Positions 1 to 8,086 of a stretch of DNA of 48,244 bases are shown here, piece after piece. The DNA comes from Elusimicrobia bacterium CG08_land_8_20_14_0_20_51_18. Its GTDB lineage: Bacteria; Elusimicrobiota; Elusimicrobia; Elusimicrobiales; UBA9959. Location: assembly GCA_002774685.1 (NCBI GenBank), contig PEXN01000105.1:1-48244 (forward strand), written 5' to 3'. Made by a program: the position numbers and the translations under genes. Under the pieces are notes generated by a model. It worked only from the letters and a program-made list of their open reading frames with translations. It was not told the DNA's origin and did no database searches. The stretch's first letter is position 1, and the number at the start of each line of letters is the position of its first letter.

Positions 1-876
1 GAAGACGTGCCGGCCCTTTCTGTCGGCCACGAAGTAAAGAGCGTCTATTTCAGCCGGCGCCAGGGAGGCTCTGACAGATTCGACTCCCGGATTACAGATA
101 GGCCCCGGAGGAATGGAATTAACGTAATAAGTGTTGTAAGGCGAGGGGAATTTAAGGTCTTTATAGGATAAATTCTTTTTCCAATAGCCCAGGGCGTATT
201 GAACGGTGGGATCGGCCTCCAGGGGCATACGCTTTTTTATCCTGTTCAGATAAACGGCGGCTATAAGGGGCCTTTCCGTATCTATTACCGCTTCCCTCTC
301 CACTATCGAAGCGACTATCAGGATCTTATATTCCTCCAGCCCCATAAGGGCGGTCCTGCCGGAAAACAAAGGTTTTATGTTCCTTTCGTATTCGCCGGTA
401 AGGATATCCGTCACCTCTTCCGGCTTCATGTTTTTTTTCAGATGATAGGTCGAAGGGAAAAGGTAGCCCTCAAGTTTTTTCTCCTTTACCAGGTCCAGGA
501 AGGACGTTTCGTCGGAAATAACGCCGTTCGATTTCAGCCTCTCCGCTATCTGCTCGGCCCGCCAGCCTTCCGGAATGACTATTTTCACGCTCGAAATATA
601 GACCGAATGGGTAAGCTTCCAGAGCACGGCTTCGTGGGTAGACCTCTTCTTAAGCTCGTATTCGCCAGGCATTATTTTTTTTCCGGCGCCGGTAAACTTG
701 ACCAGCGCCCGGAACCAGAGGGAACTCCAGATTATCCCCGAGTCCTTAAGCTGTCTGGCTATCTGTGTGGCGGTACGGCCTTCTTCTACGGAAATCTTTA
801 CAGTTTCGCCCGGGTAAAAGAGATAGGCGGCGAAAAGCGGGAAGAATATGACCAGTAAAATGAAAAATTTTTTCAT
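1..876 (-). CDS. mltG: Endolytic murein transglycosylase MltG/YceG family (C-terminal end cut by window edge)
   Basis: Not in the ORF track because there is no stop inside the window. Reverse translation from the ATG at complement 874-876 gives MKKFFILLVIFFPLFAAYLFYPGETVKISVEEGRTATQIARQL... At nt 60-1 it reads ...APAEIDALYFVADRKGRHVF. This gives a membrane anchor plus a YceG-like C-terminal signature, with 292 codons open. Confidence 0.8.
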   Translation of the reverse strand, partial: MKKFFILLVIFFPLFAAYLFYPGETVKISVEEGRTATQIARQLKDSGIIWSSLWFRALVKFTGAGKKIMPGEYELKKRSTHEAVLWKLTHSVYISSVKIVIPEGWRAEQIAERLKSNGVISDETSFLDLVKEKKLEGYLFPSTYHLKKNMKPEEVTDILTGEYERNIKPLFSGRTALMGLEEYKILIVASIVEREAVIDTERPLIAAVYLNRIKKRMPLEADPTVQYALGYWKKNLSYKDLKFPSPYNTYYVNSIPPGPICNPGVESVRASLAPAEIDALYFVADRKGRHVF

Positions 877-878
877 TT

Positions 879-1415
879 TTATCCCAATTCCTCCGAATAA
901 AGCGTTCTGTACGCGGGGCCCGAGGGGCCCGAAAAACTTTCCATAAGATCGACTCTTCCGATCATTTCGCCGGCGGCGAAGCTGTGGCGCCTGAACCTGT
1001 ATATCAGGTTATTGTCGGGTTTTTTCCCGACCCGTCCCAGAGTGACATGGGGGGAAAAACGGTCCTCGAACATGAAACCCGCCTTAAAAAGTTTTCCCCT
1101 CAAAACCGCGTACATCCCTGACAATTCTTCGCGGCCTTTCTCAATCCCGGCCCAAAGCACCCTGGGCCTCCCGAAATCCGGAAAAGCGCCGGTATTTGAA
1201 ACCGTCAGCTCAAAACTACGGAACCCGGCGAAACAGCGCATGGCGTCCTTTACCGCTTTGAGATTGGCTTCCGTCACGGCCTCTCCCAAAAAAACCAGCG
1301 TCAGGTGAAGATTTTCCTTTTCCACCCATTTTACGCCTTTGACCGGAGGCCCGTTGAAACAGGAAAGACGTTCCCTCAACTCTTCGCCGAAATTTATGGC
1401 TATGAAAGTCCTCAT
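879..1415 (-). CDS. thpR: RNA 2',3'-cyclic phosphodiesterase / 2'-5' RNA ligase family (2H phosphoesterase)
   Basis: 178-aa ORF carrying the two H-x-T-x motifs of the 2H fold (HLTLVFLG and HVTLGRV) at the expected spacing. Confidence 0.85.
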   Translation of the reverse strand: MRTFIAINFGEELRERLSCFNGPPVKGVKWVEKENLHLTLVFLGEAVTEANLKAVKDAMRCFAGFRSFELTVSNTGAFPDFGRPRVLWAGIEKGREELSGMYAVLRGKLFKAGFMFEDRFSPHVTLGRVGKKPDNNLIYRFRRHSFAAGEMIGRVDLMESFSGPSGPAYRTLYSEELG

Positions 1416-2317
1416 TCCCGGCCGTTTTTTTTCCTTTTATCCGCCGCTCTTTTTTTTACGGCCTTTTTCACCTTGTTTTTTTTGTTCCCGGCCCCTTTCC
1501 CCTCGCCGCCGGAAGTCTTGACTTTGAGAAGAAAGTTTCTGAGCCTTTCCCTTTTTTCCCGGGGAAGTCTTTGCCATCTTTTCTTGTAAGCGGCCATATT
1601 TTTTTTCAGGACGGCAAGGCCGGACCTGTGTTTCATGAGCTTTGAAATTTTTATCACCTTGGGCCTTCTTATCGAAGGGGAAAGGGTAAGCTCGCTTCCC
1701 TTGCCGATCTGTATTTCCTGCGCTCCGTTCCCCTCTTCGCTCGGCGTCACGCCGAGCTGCCCCTCTTCGAAAACTCCGAAGGTGGTCTCCTTATTGAACA
1801 GGGACTGCTCCACGGCGAATTCGGTGCCCCTTATAGCGCAAACTGCGACCGGAGTGTGTATCTTCATTGAGAACTTCTTTCCAAGGACTCTTTCGAATTT
1901 GCCTATTATGGCCCCAAGGTTAAGGACCAGCGATGTATCTTCCTGTTGCAGGTTTTTAACCTCGAGCTCGGTGTTCCGGTCCACCTTTATGATCCCGCTG
2001 TTGCTGAAATAAAGTTCGGCATAGCCGGTGGAACCGGTTTTGACCGTATCGTCCGGGTCCACGGGATAATAGGAAGTTCCCTCTACGGTCACGTATTCCT
2101 CGGCGCCGGAATTTTTTATTTTTACGTCCCCGGAAATCCTCTTTATAAGCACCTCGAAATCGCCGGAAGAAGGGGCGCCGCCGGCTTCCTGCATTCTCCT
2201 GGCCTCTTCCATCATTTTGTTGTATTGTTCCATATCCGGCTGCTCCGGCTGTTTCTGCGAAAAAGACGAGGCAACGGTAAGGAGTAAAACCAGGCCCGTC
2301 GTTATTATTTTCATCAA
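1412..2317 (-). CDS. Secreted FecR-domain protein with Lys-rich C-terminal tail
   Basis: Signal-peptide-like N-terminus (MMKIITTGLVLLLTVASSFS), a FecR-type segment (...HTPVAVCAIRGTEFAV...) and a KKNKVKKAVKKRAADKRKKNGRE tail. It has 4-nt overlaps with the tyrS stop and the thpR start. Confidence 0.55.
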   Translation of the reverse strand: MMKIITTGLVLLLTVASSFSQKQPEQPDMEQYNKMMEEARRMQEAGGAPSSGDFEVLIKRISGDVKIKNSGAEEYVTVEGTSYYPVDPDDTVKTGSTGYAELYFSNSGIIKVDRNTELEVKNLQQEDTSLVLNLGAIIGKFERVLGKKFSMKIHTPVAVCAIRGTEFAVEQSLFNKETTFGVFEEGQLGVTPSEEGNGAQEIQIGKGSELTLSPSIRRPKVIKISKLMKHRSGLAVLKKNMAAYKKRWQRLPREKRERLRNFLLKVKTSGGEGKGAGNKKNKVKKAVKKRAADKRKKNGRE

Positions 2318-3492
2318 GCCCCCCTGATTATTTTTCTGAAATTTCTTTTTCCGGCCTGGAGTATCGCGTCCCTCGGCTCAAAAACCCCGTCTTCCGAGAT
2401 TTTTTGGGAATCGATTCTGACGGCCCCGCCCTCTATCAAACGCCGGGCCTCGTTCCCGCTTTTCGCCGCTCCGGCGGCGACGATTATCTGGGAAATTTTC
2501 ATCGGCTCCCGTATCACGAATTCAGGCATTTCCGACGGAAGCTCGTTCCTTGAAAAGACCTGTTCGAAACCCTGCCTGGCCTTTACGGCCTCTTCCCGGC
2601 CGTAGAACTTCTCCACCAGCGTTTCCCCGAGCTTCTTTTTGGCTTCCATAGGGTGCGCCGCCCTCACTTCGGCCATATCCGCCTCCGTCAGCAATTCGTA
2701 ATAGGAGTTCATGGTTTCGTCGCTCAAAGACATCGTCTTCCCGAAGATATCCTTCGGCTCGTCGTTAAAGGCTATGTAATTGTCGTAGGATTTGGACATT
2801 TTTTTTACGCCGTCCGTGCCCACCAGCAGGGGCATGGTCAGCGCCGTCTGCGGCGGCTGCCCGTAAAGCTTCTGCAGGTCCCTGCCCATGAGCAGGTTGA
2901 AGATCTGGTCCTGCCCGCCCAGCTCCACGTCCGCCTTGACGGCGACGGAATCGTAGCCCTGGAACACCGGGTAAAGCATTTCCAAAAGGCTTATGGGACT
3001 TTCCTGCTTCATTCTGTTCTTGAAATCTTCCCTCTCCAGGAGACGGGAAACCGTCACGCTTTTGGCTACGTTTATGAAATCTGAAAGCGAATCCTTTTTA
3101 AATTCGGTGAAAGGGATCAGCCATTCGCTGTTGAATTTAATCTCGGTCCTTTCACGGTCCAGTATCCTGAAAGCCTGGTCGGTATAGGTTTTGGCGTTGG
3201 CGAGCACCGAAGCCTTGTCCAGGACGGGCCTGGTGGAATCCTTGCCGGAGGGATCGCCCACCTGCGCGGTAAAATCGCCTATTATAAAGACCACCGTATG
3301 GCCCATCTCCTGAAAATGTTTCAGCTTGTTGAGAGGCACGATATGCCCGAGATGCAGGTCGGGACGGGTAGGGTCCACTCCGAATTTCACCCTCAGTTTC
3401 CTGCCGGAGACGAGTTTTTCCTTAAGTTCCGTTTCATTGACGAGATTTACGGACCCCCTTTTTATCAAGCTTATCTGTTCTTCGGTATTCAT
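2314..3492 (-). CDS. tyrS: Tyrosine--tRNA ligase
   Basis: Class I motifs HIGH (DLHLGHIVP) and KMSKS (VKKMSKSYDN), plus a C-terminal S4-like module (ARRLIEGGAVRIDSQKI). GAGGA lies 4 nt upstream of the ATG. Confidence 0.95.
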   Translation of the reverse strand: MNTEEQISLIKRGSVNLVNETELKEKLVSGRKLRVKFGVDPTRPDLHLGHIVPLNKLKHFQEMGHTVVFIIGDFTAQVGDPSGKDSTRPVLDKASVLANAKTYTDQAFRILDRERTEIKFNSEWLIPFTEFKKDSLSDFINVAKSVTVSRLLEREDFKNRMKQESPISLLEMLYPVFQGYDSVAVKADVELGGQDQIFNLLMGRDLQKLYGQPPQTALTMPLLVGTDGVKKMSKSYDNYIAFNDEPKDIFGKTMSLSDETMNSYYELLTEADMAEVRAAHPMEAKKKLGETLVEKFYGREEAVKARQGFEQVFSRNELPSEMPEFVIREPMKISQIIVAAGAAKSGNEARRLIEGGAVRIDSQKISEDGVFEPRDAILQAGKRNFRKIIRGA

Positions 3493-3714
3493 AAAATCCT
3501 CAAAGCCGGAAATTGAGATTAAGATATTAACACATCAGGAGATTAAGGGCTTTACGCGCCATTCAGCCCCGGATTTAAACGCTTAACCCGAAAAATTCAG
3601 TTGTCCTCTTCGAGGACTATCCCCTCCACATGGGCTATGAGGAATGGGATGGGCGGCATTTCCGCTTATAAACCGCGAATTTTTTTGTCCCCGAATTTTT
3701 TGCCGTTTCACGGC

Positions 3715-3942
3715 GGCCACCCCGATAAAGGAGCAATCACGCTCCGCGTCCCACTCCCCGCAACGAAGTAGCCGCTCTTTACCCCACAAGTAGGGGCCGC
3801 TCTTTATGCGGTGCGGTAGCCCATATAGACGGGACAGCCCCGGAACAACGAGCCTCCGGCTCATCAGGTGTCGGCTTGCCCGCTGGGCGCAGCCAGGGAG
3901 GCTCTGACGACGACCTCTTGTATGGGGCGTATCGGGGTGGCC
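3715..3942. ncRNA. Unclassified structured element, copy 1 (paralogue of 38364-38574); strand unresolved
   Basis: A 13/13 Watson-Crick closing helix pairs 3715-3727 (GGCCACCCCGATA) with 3930-3942 (TATCGGGGTGGCC). An internal 8-bp helix pairs 3850-3857 with 3897-3904, and there are several short GC hairpins. Block 3747-3775 is 24/29 identical to 38413-38441. GC-rich hairpins continue in the flanks (about 3600-4045). ORFs called here are Arg/Gly/Pro-rich shadows. Confidence 0.45.
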
Positions 3943-4016
3943 GGGTTTTACCCTGCCACCCACTCAGCGGCTCAAAGCCGCTCCTTTCAGTATGACCAGG
4001 CGGCAGCCGCGGCGGT

Positions 4017-4041
4017 GAATCCTTCAGCAACTGAAGGATTC
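4017..4041. terminator. Perfect 11-bp hairpin (GAATCCTTCAG-CAA-CTGAAGGATTC), terminator-like
   Basis: Lies 58 nt downstream of the priA-like stop on the minus strand, with no U-tract on that strand. A T-rich tail (AGGTTAATTTCTCAATCTTTATTTT) follows on the plus strand, so it could instead end a plus-strand RNA covering 3600-4045. Confidence 0.35.
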
Positions 4042-4098
4042 AGGTTAATTTCTCAATCTTTATTTTCCGAATCTCTTGCTCCATATATTTTATATTTT

Positions 4099-6039
4099 TT
4101 ACAGGTCGGTTAAAACCGAGATTTTTGTTTTTTTCGGCGGCTTAAGGCCGGCTATAAAGGCGAGGAAAGGCCCATAGGCGTCTTTCCCTATCTTAAAAGT
4201 GTTGGAATGCGAATATTTCGAAAGCCTCTTCACGAATTTCAATTTATAAGGATACCGGTGCTCTATTATGTTTAATTCCGAAAGTCTGGCCTCGTCCCTG
4301 AGACTTTCGATGAAAGAATTGGAAAAGTCCTTGAGCGAAACGGGATCCGCGGAAATAAATTCGACCCGAGCCATAAAACTGAAAGGGGGATAGGAAAAGG
4401 TCTTTCTAAGGTCCAGTTCCTCTTCCAGAAATTTTCTGTAATCCGCGAAATCCAGAAAGGAGAACGACTCGGGCTCGTGGCTCTGTATCACCAGCTCGGA
4501 ATCCCCGTAGCCGAGCAAAGCCGAAGCTTTCATTATGTTTTGAAGGATCTTTTCGTTAAGCCGGAAGTCCGCGGAATTTTTGTGATACATCTCCGCGAAA
4601 GCCACCGTTCCCGCCTCCCTTACCAGGAAAGAGTCGAGTATTATGGCGGTGCCGAGGAGGACGTCGAAATTGCCGTCCATTATCCCGGTTATTATTTTTT
4701 CGGTTTCGTTCACCGATTTTTTCACGTCGTCGCCGTCGAATTTAAGTATCCTTTTTTCCGGATACATTTTTTTCAGTTCTTTAAATATCCTTTGTACGCC
4801 GAAACCTTTGGCCACCATCAGCTGATTGCCGCATTTTCCGCAGGAGGCGGAATATTCCTCTTTGTGCGAACAATAGGAACAGCGGTAGAATCTGGCGCCT
4901 TCCTCGTCCTCGAAAATATGCATCAGGGAATTACACTTCCCGCATCTTTTCATCCAGTAGCATTTGGCGCAGAAACTCCTGGGGGAAAAGCCCCGGCTCG
5001 AGGCTATCACATAGGCTTTTCTGCCGGCAGCCATAGCCCTTTTCACCGCCTCGTTCAATTCCGGAGAAACCGCCGTCTCGGGATTTTTCCTCATGTCGAC
5101 CATCTCATAACGGATCTTGCCCGTCCCTCCCTCGTCCAGCAGTTCCAGGCCGCCGTTCAGGTGCAGGTGATAGAGCTCCGCATCGGGAGGATTCCCCGCG
5201 AGCAGTATCTTATGGCCGAAAATCCCGGCCAGCTTCATAGCCAGCGCCCTGGTATTGTAATAAGGCTTCTGGTCGAACTGCCTGTACATCTCGTTCCCGT
5301 GGTCGGCCATAATTATAAGCGTTTTCGCCAGGAATGGCAGAAAAACGGAAGATTTCGTCCCCGCTACAATTCTCTTTTCTCCCGCGTAAACATGATTCCA
5401 AAGTTCGCGCTTCCGCTTTTTGGTCAGGCGGCTGTGCCAGAGAGCAGTTTCTTCCGCCAGCGCGCCGTTAAGAAAACTTTTGTAAAGGGCTATGGCCGAA
5501 GGGATGTCAGGGACCAGAAAAAGACAGCGGAGGCCTTTGGAAAGGGCGTAGGCGGCCGCCGCGGTAAGATTTTCGGATTCCTTCCGGTCGTTGAAAACCA
5601 GAGCGGCGGTTTTATCCTCCGCGTCCAGAAATTTTTTTATCTTTTCCGAAAATTCCGGATTTTCAAAAACGGCCACGGAAACTCTTTCAGGGGCGGGGAG
5701 TACCGGGCCGTCCGGTATAAGGGCCAGGAAGTTACCCAGCACCACAGGCGCCTCGCAATACCACCTCGAGGCCATGTATGAAACGATCTCTCCAAGCTTT
5801 TCAGGAGGAAAAACCGGTTCCGAGTCCACCGCTTCGGTTATTTCCTTTAACGAGGGCAGGGCCGAAAGGTCGGCGTCCTTTTCTTCGAGAACGGCGGTCA
5901 CATAGCCCGCGACCCTCTCCCTTCCGGCGAAAGACGCGACTATACGCAATCCCGGCTTCATCAGGCCGGTAAGTCTCTCCGGTATCCTGTAATAAAAGGT
6001 TCTGTTAAGGGCTATGGGAAAAGAAACTTCGGCTATCAT
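4099..6039 (-). CDS. priA: Primosomal protein N' (PriA)-like, with degenerate ATPase/helicase motifs
   Basis: PriA architecture and length (646 aa). N-terminal DNA-binding region, and the Cys-rich zinc module CAKCYWMKRCGKCNSLMHIF...YRCSYCSHKEEYSASCGKCGN. The Walker A, DExH, SAT and motif VI positions are not conserved (see finding). Confidence 0.75.
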   Translation of the reverse strand: MIAEVSFPIALNRTFYYRIPERLTGLMKPGLRIVASFAGRERVAGYVTAVLEEKDADLSALPSLKEITEAVDSEPVFPPEKLGEIVSYMASRWYCEAPVVLGNFLALIPDGPVLPAPERVSVAVFENPEFSEKIKKFLDAEDKTAALVFNDRKESENLTAAAAYALSKGLRCLFLVPDIPSAIALYKSFLNGALAEETALWHSRLTKKRKRELWNHVYAGEKRIVAGTKSSVFLPFLAKTLIIMADHGNEMYRQFDQKPYYNTRALAMKLAGIFGHKILLAGNPPDAELYHLHLNGGLELLDEGGTGKIRYEMVDMRKNPETAVSPELNEAVKRAMAAGRKAYVIASSRGFSPRSFCAKCYWMKRCGKCNSLMHIFEDEEGARFYRCSYCSHKEEYSASCGKCGNQLMVAKGFGVQRIFKELKKMYPEKRILKFDGDDVKKSVNETEKIITGIMDGNFDVLLGTAIILDSFLVREAGTVAFAEMYHKNSADFRLNEKILQNIMKASALLGYGDSELVIQSHEPESFSFLDFADYRKFLEEELDLRKTFSYPPFSFMARVEFISADPVSLKDFSNSFIESLRDEARLSELNIIEHRYPYKLKFVKRLSKYSHSNTFKIGKDAYGPFLAFIAGLKPPKKTKISVLTDL

Positions 6040-6047
6040 ATAACCGG

Positions 6048-6082
6048 CGAGAACGGAGAATAGAGATTAGAGATTAGAAAAC
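6048..6082. repeat. Heptad stutter tract (CGAGAAC GGAGAAT AGAGATT AGAGATT AGAAAAC)
   Basis: Five consecutive 7-nt units, two of them identical, in the 66-nt UDG/priA spacer. Confidence 0.7.
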
Positions 6083-6105
6083 GGCGGCCGGTTTTAAAAT
6101 ATTTT

Positions 6106-7017
6106 TTAGGCATTATTTTTTTCGAGGAAAGACTTCAGCATTTTCATGTCTTCCCAGGCGTCCTTTTTCAGGTTGGGATTCCTGAGCAGGGCCGCCGGAT
6201 GATAAGTGGGAAGGATTTTAAGATCGAAATCGAAAGTAAAGCTGTAGGGAACGTCGTACATTTTACCCCTTAGCTGGCTGATGCCTTTGGTCTCGTTAAG
6301 CATGAACTTTGTGGCCACGTTCCCGAGAGTCACCACGCAGAGGGGCCTTATGAGCCTTATCTGTTCCTCGAGGTAACCGCGGCAGGCGGAGATTTCGGCC
6401 GGAGTCGGGGGCCTGTCGTTCCCGCGCGCCTCCGGGGTTTCCGGATTCGTCATGGGGTGGCACTTGACTATATTGGCGATATAAACGCTCTGCCTGGAGA
6501 GATTTATGGCGGCGAGGATTTTATCCAGGAGCTGGCCGGACCGGCCGACGAAAGGTTCGCCGCGATGATCTTCGTCGTAGCCGGGACCTTCGCCCACGAA
6601 CATCACCCTGGCCTTGGGGTCTCCCACGCCGAAAACCGGATTCAGTCTGGAAAGCCCGAGAAGGCATTTCCTGCATCTAAGAACTTCTTCCCTCAAGGTG
6701 CCCAGGAGATCGGAGCCCGCCGCCGTTTTTTTCCCTTTGCGCGGCCCGGGAACAGACTCCGACGGGACACAGGCGGACGAAACCGTGACGACAACCGCAG
6801 CCTTTTCCGGTTCCGGTCCGGAGACGCGCATTTCAGCCGCAGACGCCTTTGTCTGCAACCGGGCCCGCGCGGCCGTCTGCGGATTCCCACCGGCAACATG
6901 AGGCTTGCGACCTGCGACCTGCGGCATCCCGCCTGCAGGCGGGATATACGTATCTTCGTCAAGATTCTTTATGTATTTAACGAGCTCGCCCCTTATTTTC
7001 TTGATCTCATTTTTCAT
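6106..7017 (-). CDS. Uracil-DNA glycosylase, family 4, with about 130-aa low-complexity N-terminal extension
   Basis: Family-4 signature GEGPGYDEDHRGEPFVGRSGQLLD and C-terminal HPAALLRNP. The start is uncertain; an internal ATG at 6925-6927 is possible. Confidence 0.85.
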   Translation of the reverse strand: MKNEIKKIRGELVKYIKNLDEDTYIPPAGGMPQVAGRKPHVAGGNPQTAARARLQTKASAAEMRVSGPEPEKAAVVVTVSSACVPSESVPGPRKGKKTAAGSDLLGTLREEVLRCRKCLLGLSRLNPVFGVGDPKARVMFVGEGPGYDEDHRGEPFVGRSGQLLDKILAAINLSRQSVYIANIVKCHPMTNPETPEARGNDRPPTPAEISACRGYLEEQIRLIRPLCVVTLGNVATKFMLNETKGISQLRGKMYDVPYSFTFDFDLKILPTYHPAALLRNPNLKKDAWEDMKMLKSFLEKNNA

Positions 7018-7330
7018 CTTTGGTCTTTTCTTTCTTTTTAAGCTTGTCTTTCCTGGCGTCCTTTTTCTCGGAGATTCTTTCCATCTTTATCTGGTTGTCT
7101 TTCCCCACGGCCTCTTTTATCTCTTCCTCGGTCACTTTTTTGGAAACCACGTCCTTCAGGGCCACGTCTATTATTTCCGCCACCGGCTTAAGCCTGTATT
7201 CTTCCGTGAATTTCAGATGGGTCGCCCACAGCATGGCGAGAACCACGTCATTATATTTGGAAGGGCCGTAATCGGCTATAACGTTGTCCAGATTTATATT
7301 TTCTTCTTTTTCTTTTGCGGCTTTAGTCAT
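7007..7330 (-). CDS. rpoZ: DNA-directed RNA polymerase subunit omega (probable), Lys-rich C-terminal extension
   Basis: Small ORF directly downstream of gmk, which is the conserved gmk-rpoZ arrangement. It has an omega-like core (SKYNDVVLAMLWATHL). Confidence 0.6.
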   Translation of the reverse strand: MTKAAKEKEENINLDNVIADYGPSKYNDVVLAMLWATHLKFTEEYRLKPVAEIIDVALKDVVSKKVTEEEIKEAVGKDNQIKMERISEKKDARKDKLKKKEKTKDEK

Positions 7331-7346
7331 GCTTCCTCCGTGTCTT

Positions 7347-7979
7347 TTATATCTTCAAGCTTGAAAGCTGTCCTTTGAAGTCCTTCGCGAAAGCCCCGTT
7401 CCTGGCCAGACGGCATTTTTCCGCGTTGGCTATCCCTATTATATCGTTTACGGCGTCTTCAAGCCTGTCGTTTATAACCAGATAGTCGAAACGCAGGGCC
7501 TCTCCGAGCTCCTTGCGCGCCGTGTTCATCCTTACCTTCATCTCAGCGGGTCTCTCGCCCCTTTTCTCAAGCCTCTTTATCATCGTCCGCAGGTCGGGAG
7601 GAAGAAGAAAAACCGAAACGGAGTCCGCGAAAATTTTCTTCACGGACCTGGCGCCTTTTACGTCTATGGTCATGAACGGAATCTTCCCGCGCTCAAGTAT
7701 GCTTATGACCGATCTCTTCGGAGTGCCGTAAAGCCGGCCGTGCACCTCCGCCCACTCTATCAGCTCTCCCATCTTCCTGAGCCGGTCGAACTCCGCAGCG
7801 TCGACGAAATAATAATCGCGGCCTTCTTTTTCTCCCGGTCTTTTTTCCCTGGTGGTGCAGGTTACGCTGAAAGCGAACCTCTTATCTTTTTTGACAAGAT
7901 GATTTTTAACGGTGGACTTTCCGCCCCCCGAGGGGGCGGAAATCACCACGGGAAAATATTTTTTTTTGACGCTTTTCAT
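7347..7979 (-). CDS. gmk: Guanylate kinase
   Basis: P-loop SAPSGGGKST and the GMP-binding segment TTREKRPGEKEGRDYYFV. Confidence 0.95.
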   Translation of the reverse strand: MKSVKKKYFPVVISAPSGGGKSTVKNHLVKKDKRFAFSVTCTTREKRPGEKEGRDYYFVDAAEFDRLRKMGELIEWAEVHGRLYGTPKRSVISILERGKIPFMTIDVKGARSVKKIFADSVSVFLLPPDLRTMIKRLEKRGERPAEMKVRMNTARKELGEALRFDYLVINDRLEDAVNDIIGIANAEKCRLARNGAFAKDFKGQLSSLKI

Positions 7980-8009
7980 TCGAGCATACCGAATACCGCT
8001 GTCTACCGA

Positions 8010-8048
8010 TTTTAAGGTTTTAAGGGTTTGAGGGTTTAAGGTATTAAG
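8010..8048. repeat. 8-9-nt stutter tract (TTTTAAGG TTTTAAGGG TTTGAGGG TTTAAGG TATTAAG)
   Basis: Read directly in the ppdK/gmk spacer. Confidence 0.7.
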
Positions 8049-8055
8049 TGTGTCC

Positions 8056-8084
8056 GCCTTATGCCTCTTTGCCTTCTGCCTACT
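8056..8084 (-). repeat. Heptad array nnnAGGC x4 on the transcribed strand (AGTAGGC AGAAGGC AAAGAGGC ATAAGGC)
   Basis: The plus strand reads GCCTTAT GCCTCTTT GCCTTCT GCCTACT. On the minus strand the array begins 2 nt after the ppdK stop codon. Confidence 0.7.
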
Positions 8085-8086
8085 GT

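Noticed and set aside
3860-3867. CUGAUGAG (minus strand) followed by the hairpin GAGCC-GGA-GGCUC, resembling a hammerhead ribozyme core
   Set aside because: The sequence after stem II is GUUG, not the obligatory GAAA, and no stem I/III with a cleavage-site triplet can be drawn. I take it as a chance match.
3600-4045. Element copy 1 as RNase P RNA, tmRNA, SRP RNA or a tyrS T-box leader
   Set aside because: Neither strand has GAGGAAAGUCCGGGC / ACAGAAnCCGGCUUA (RNase P). There is no tRNA-like GGUUCGAnUCC...CCA end or tag ORF (tmRNA), and no GGAA/AGCAGCC SRP domain IV motif. The T-box-like GGGUGGCA lies at the distal 5' end, more than 450 nt from the tyrS ATG. A paralogue sits upstream of DUF58, which none of these families would explain.
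3583-4113. ORF-track entries 3583..3963 (-), 3779..4030 (-) and 3868..4113 (+) in the priA/tyrS gap
   Set aside because: They overlap each other. They translate to Arg/Gly/Pro/Ala-rich low-complexity strings and have no SD. They coincide with the GC-rich helices of the structured element, so I treat them as shadows of RNA/DNA structure rather than genes.
8010-8048. TTTAAGGG/TTTGAGGG units resembling plant-type telomere repeats (TTTAGGG)
   Set aside because: The tract is short (five degenerate units), internal to a bacterial operon spacer, and one of many different stutter tracts. There is no evidence for a linear replicon end.
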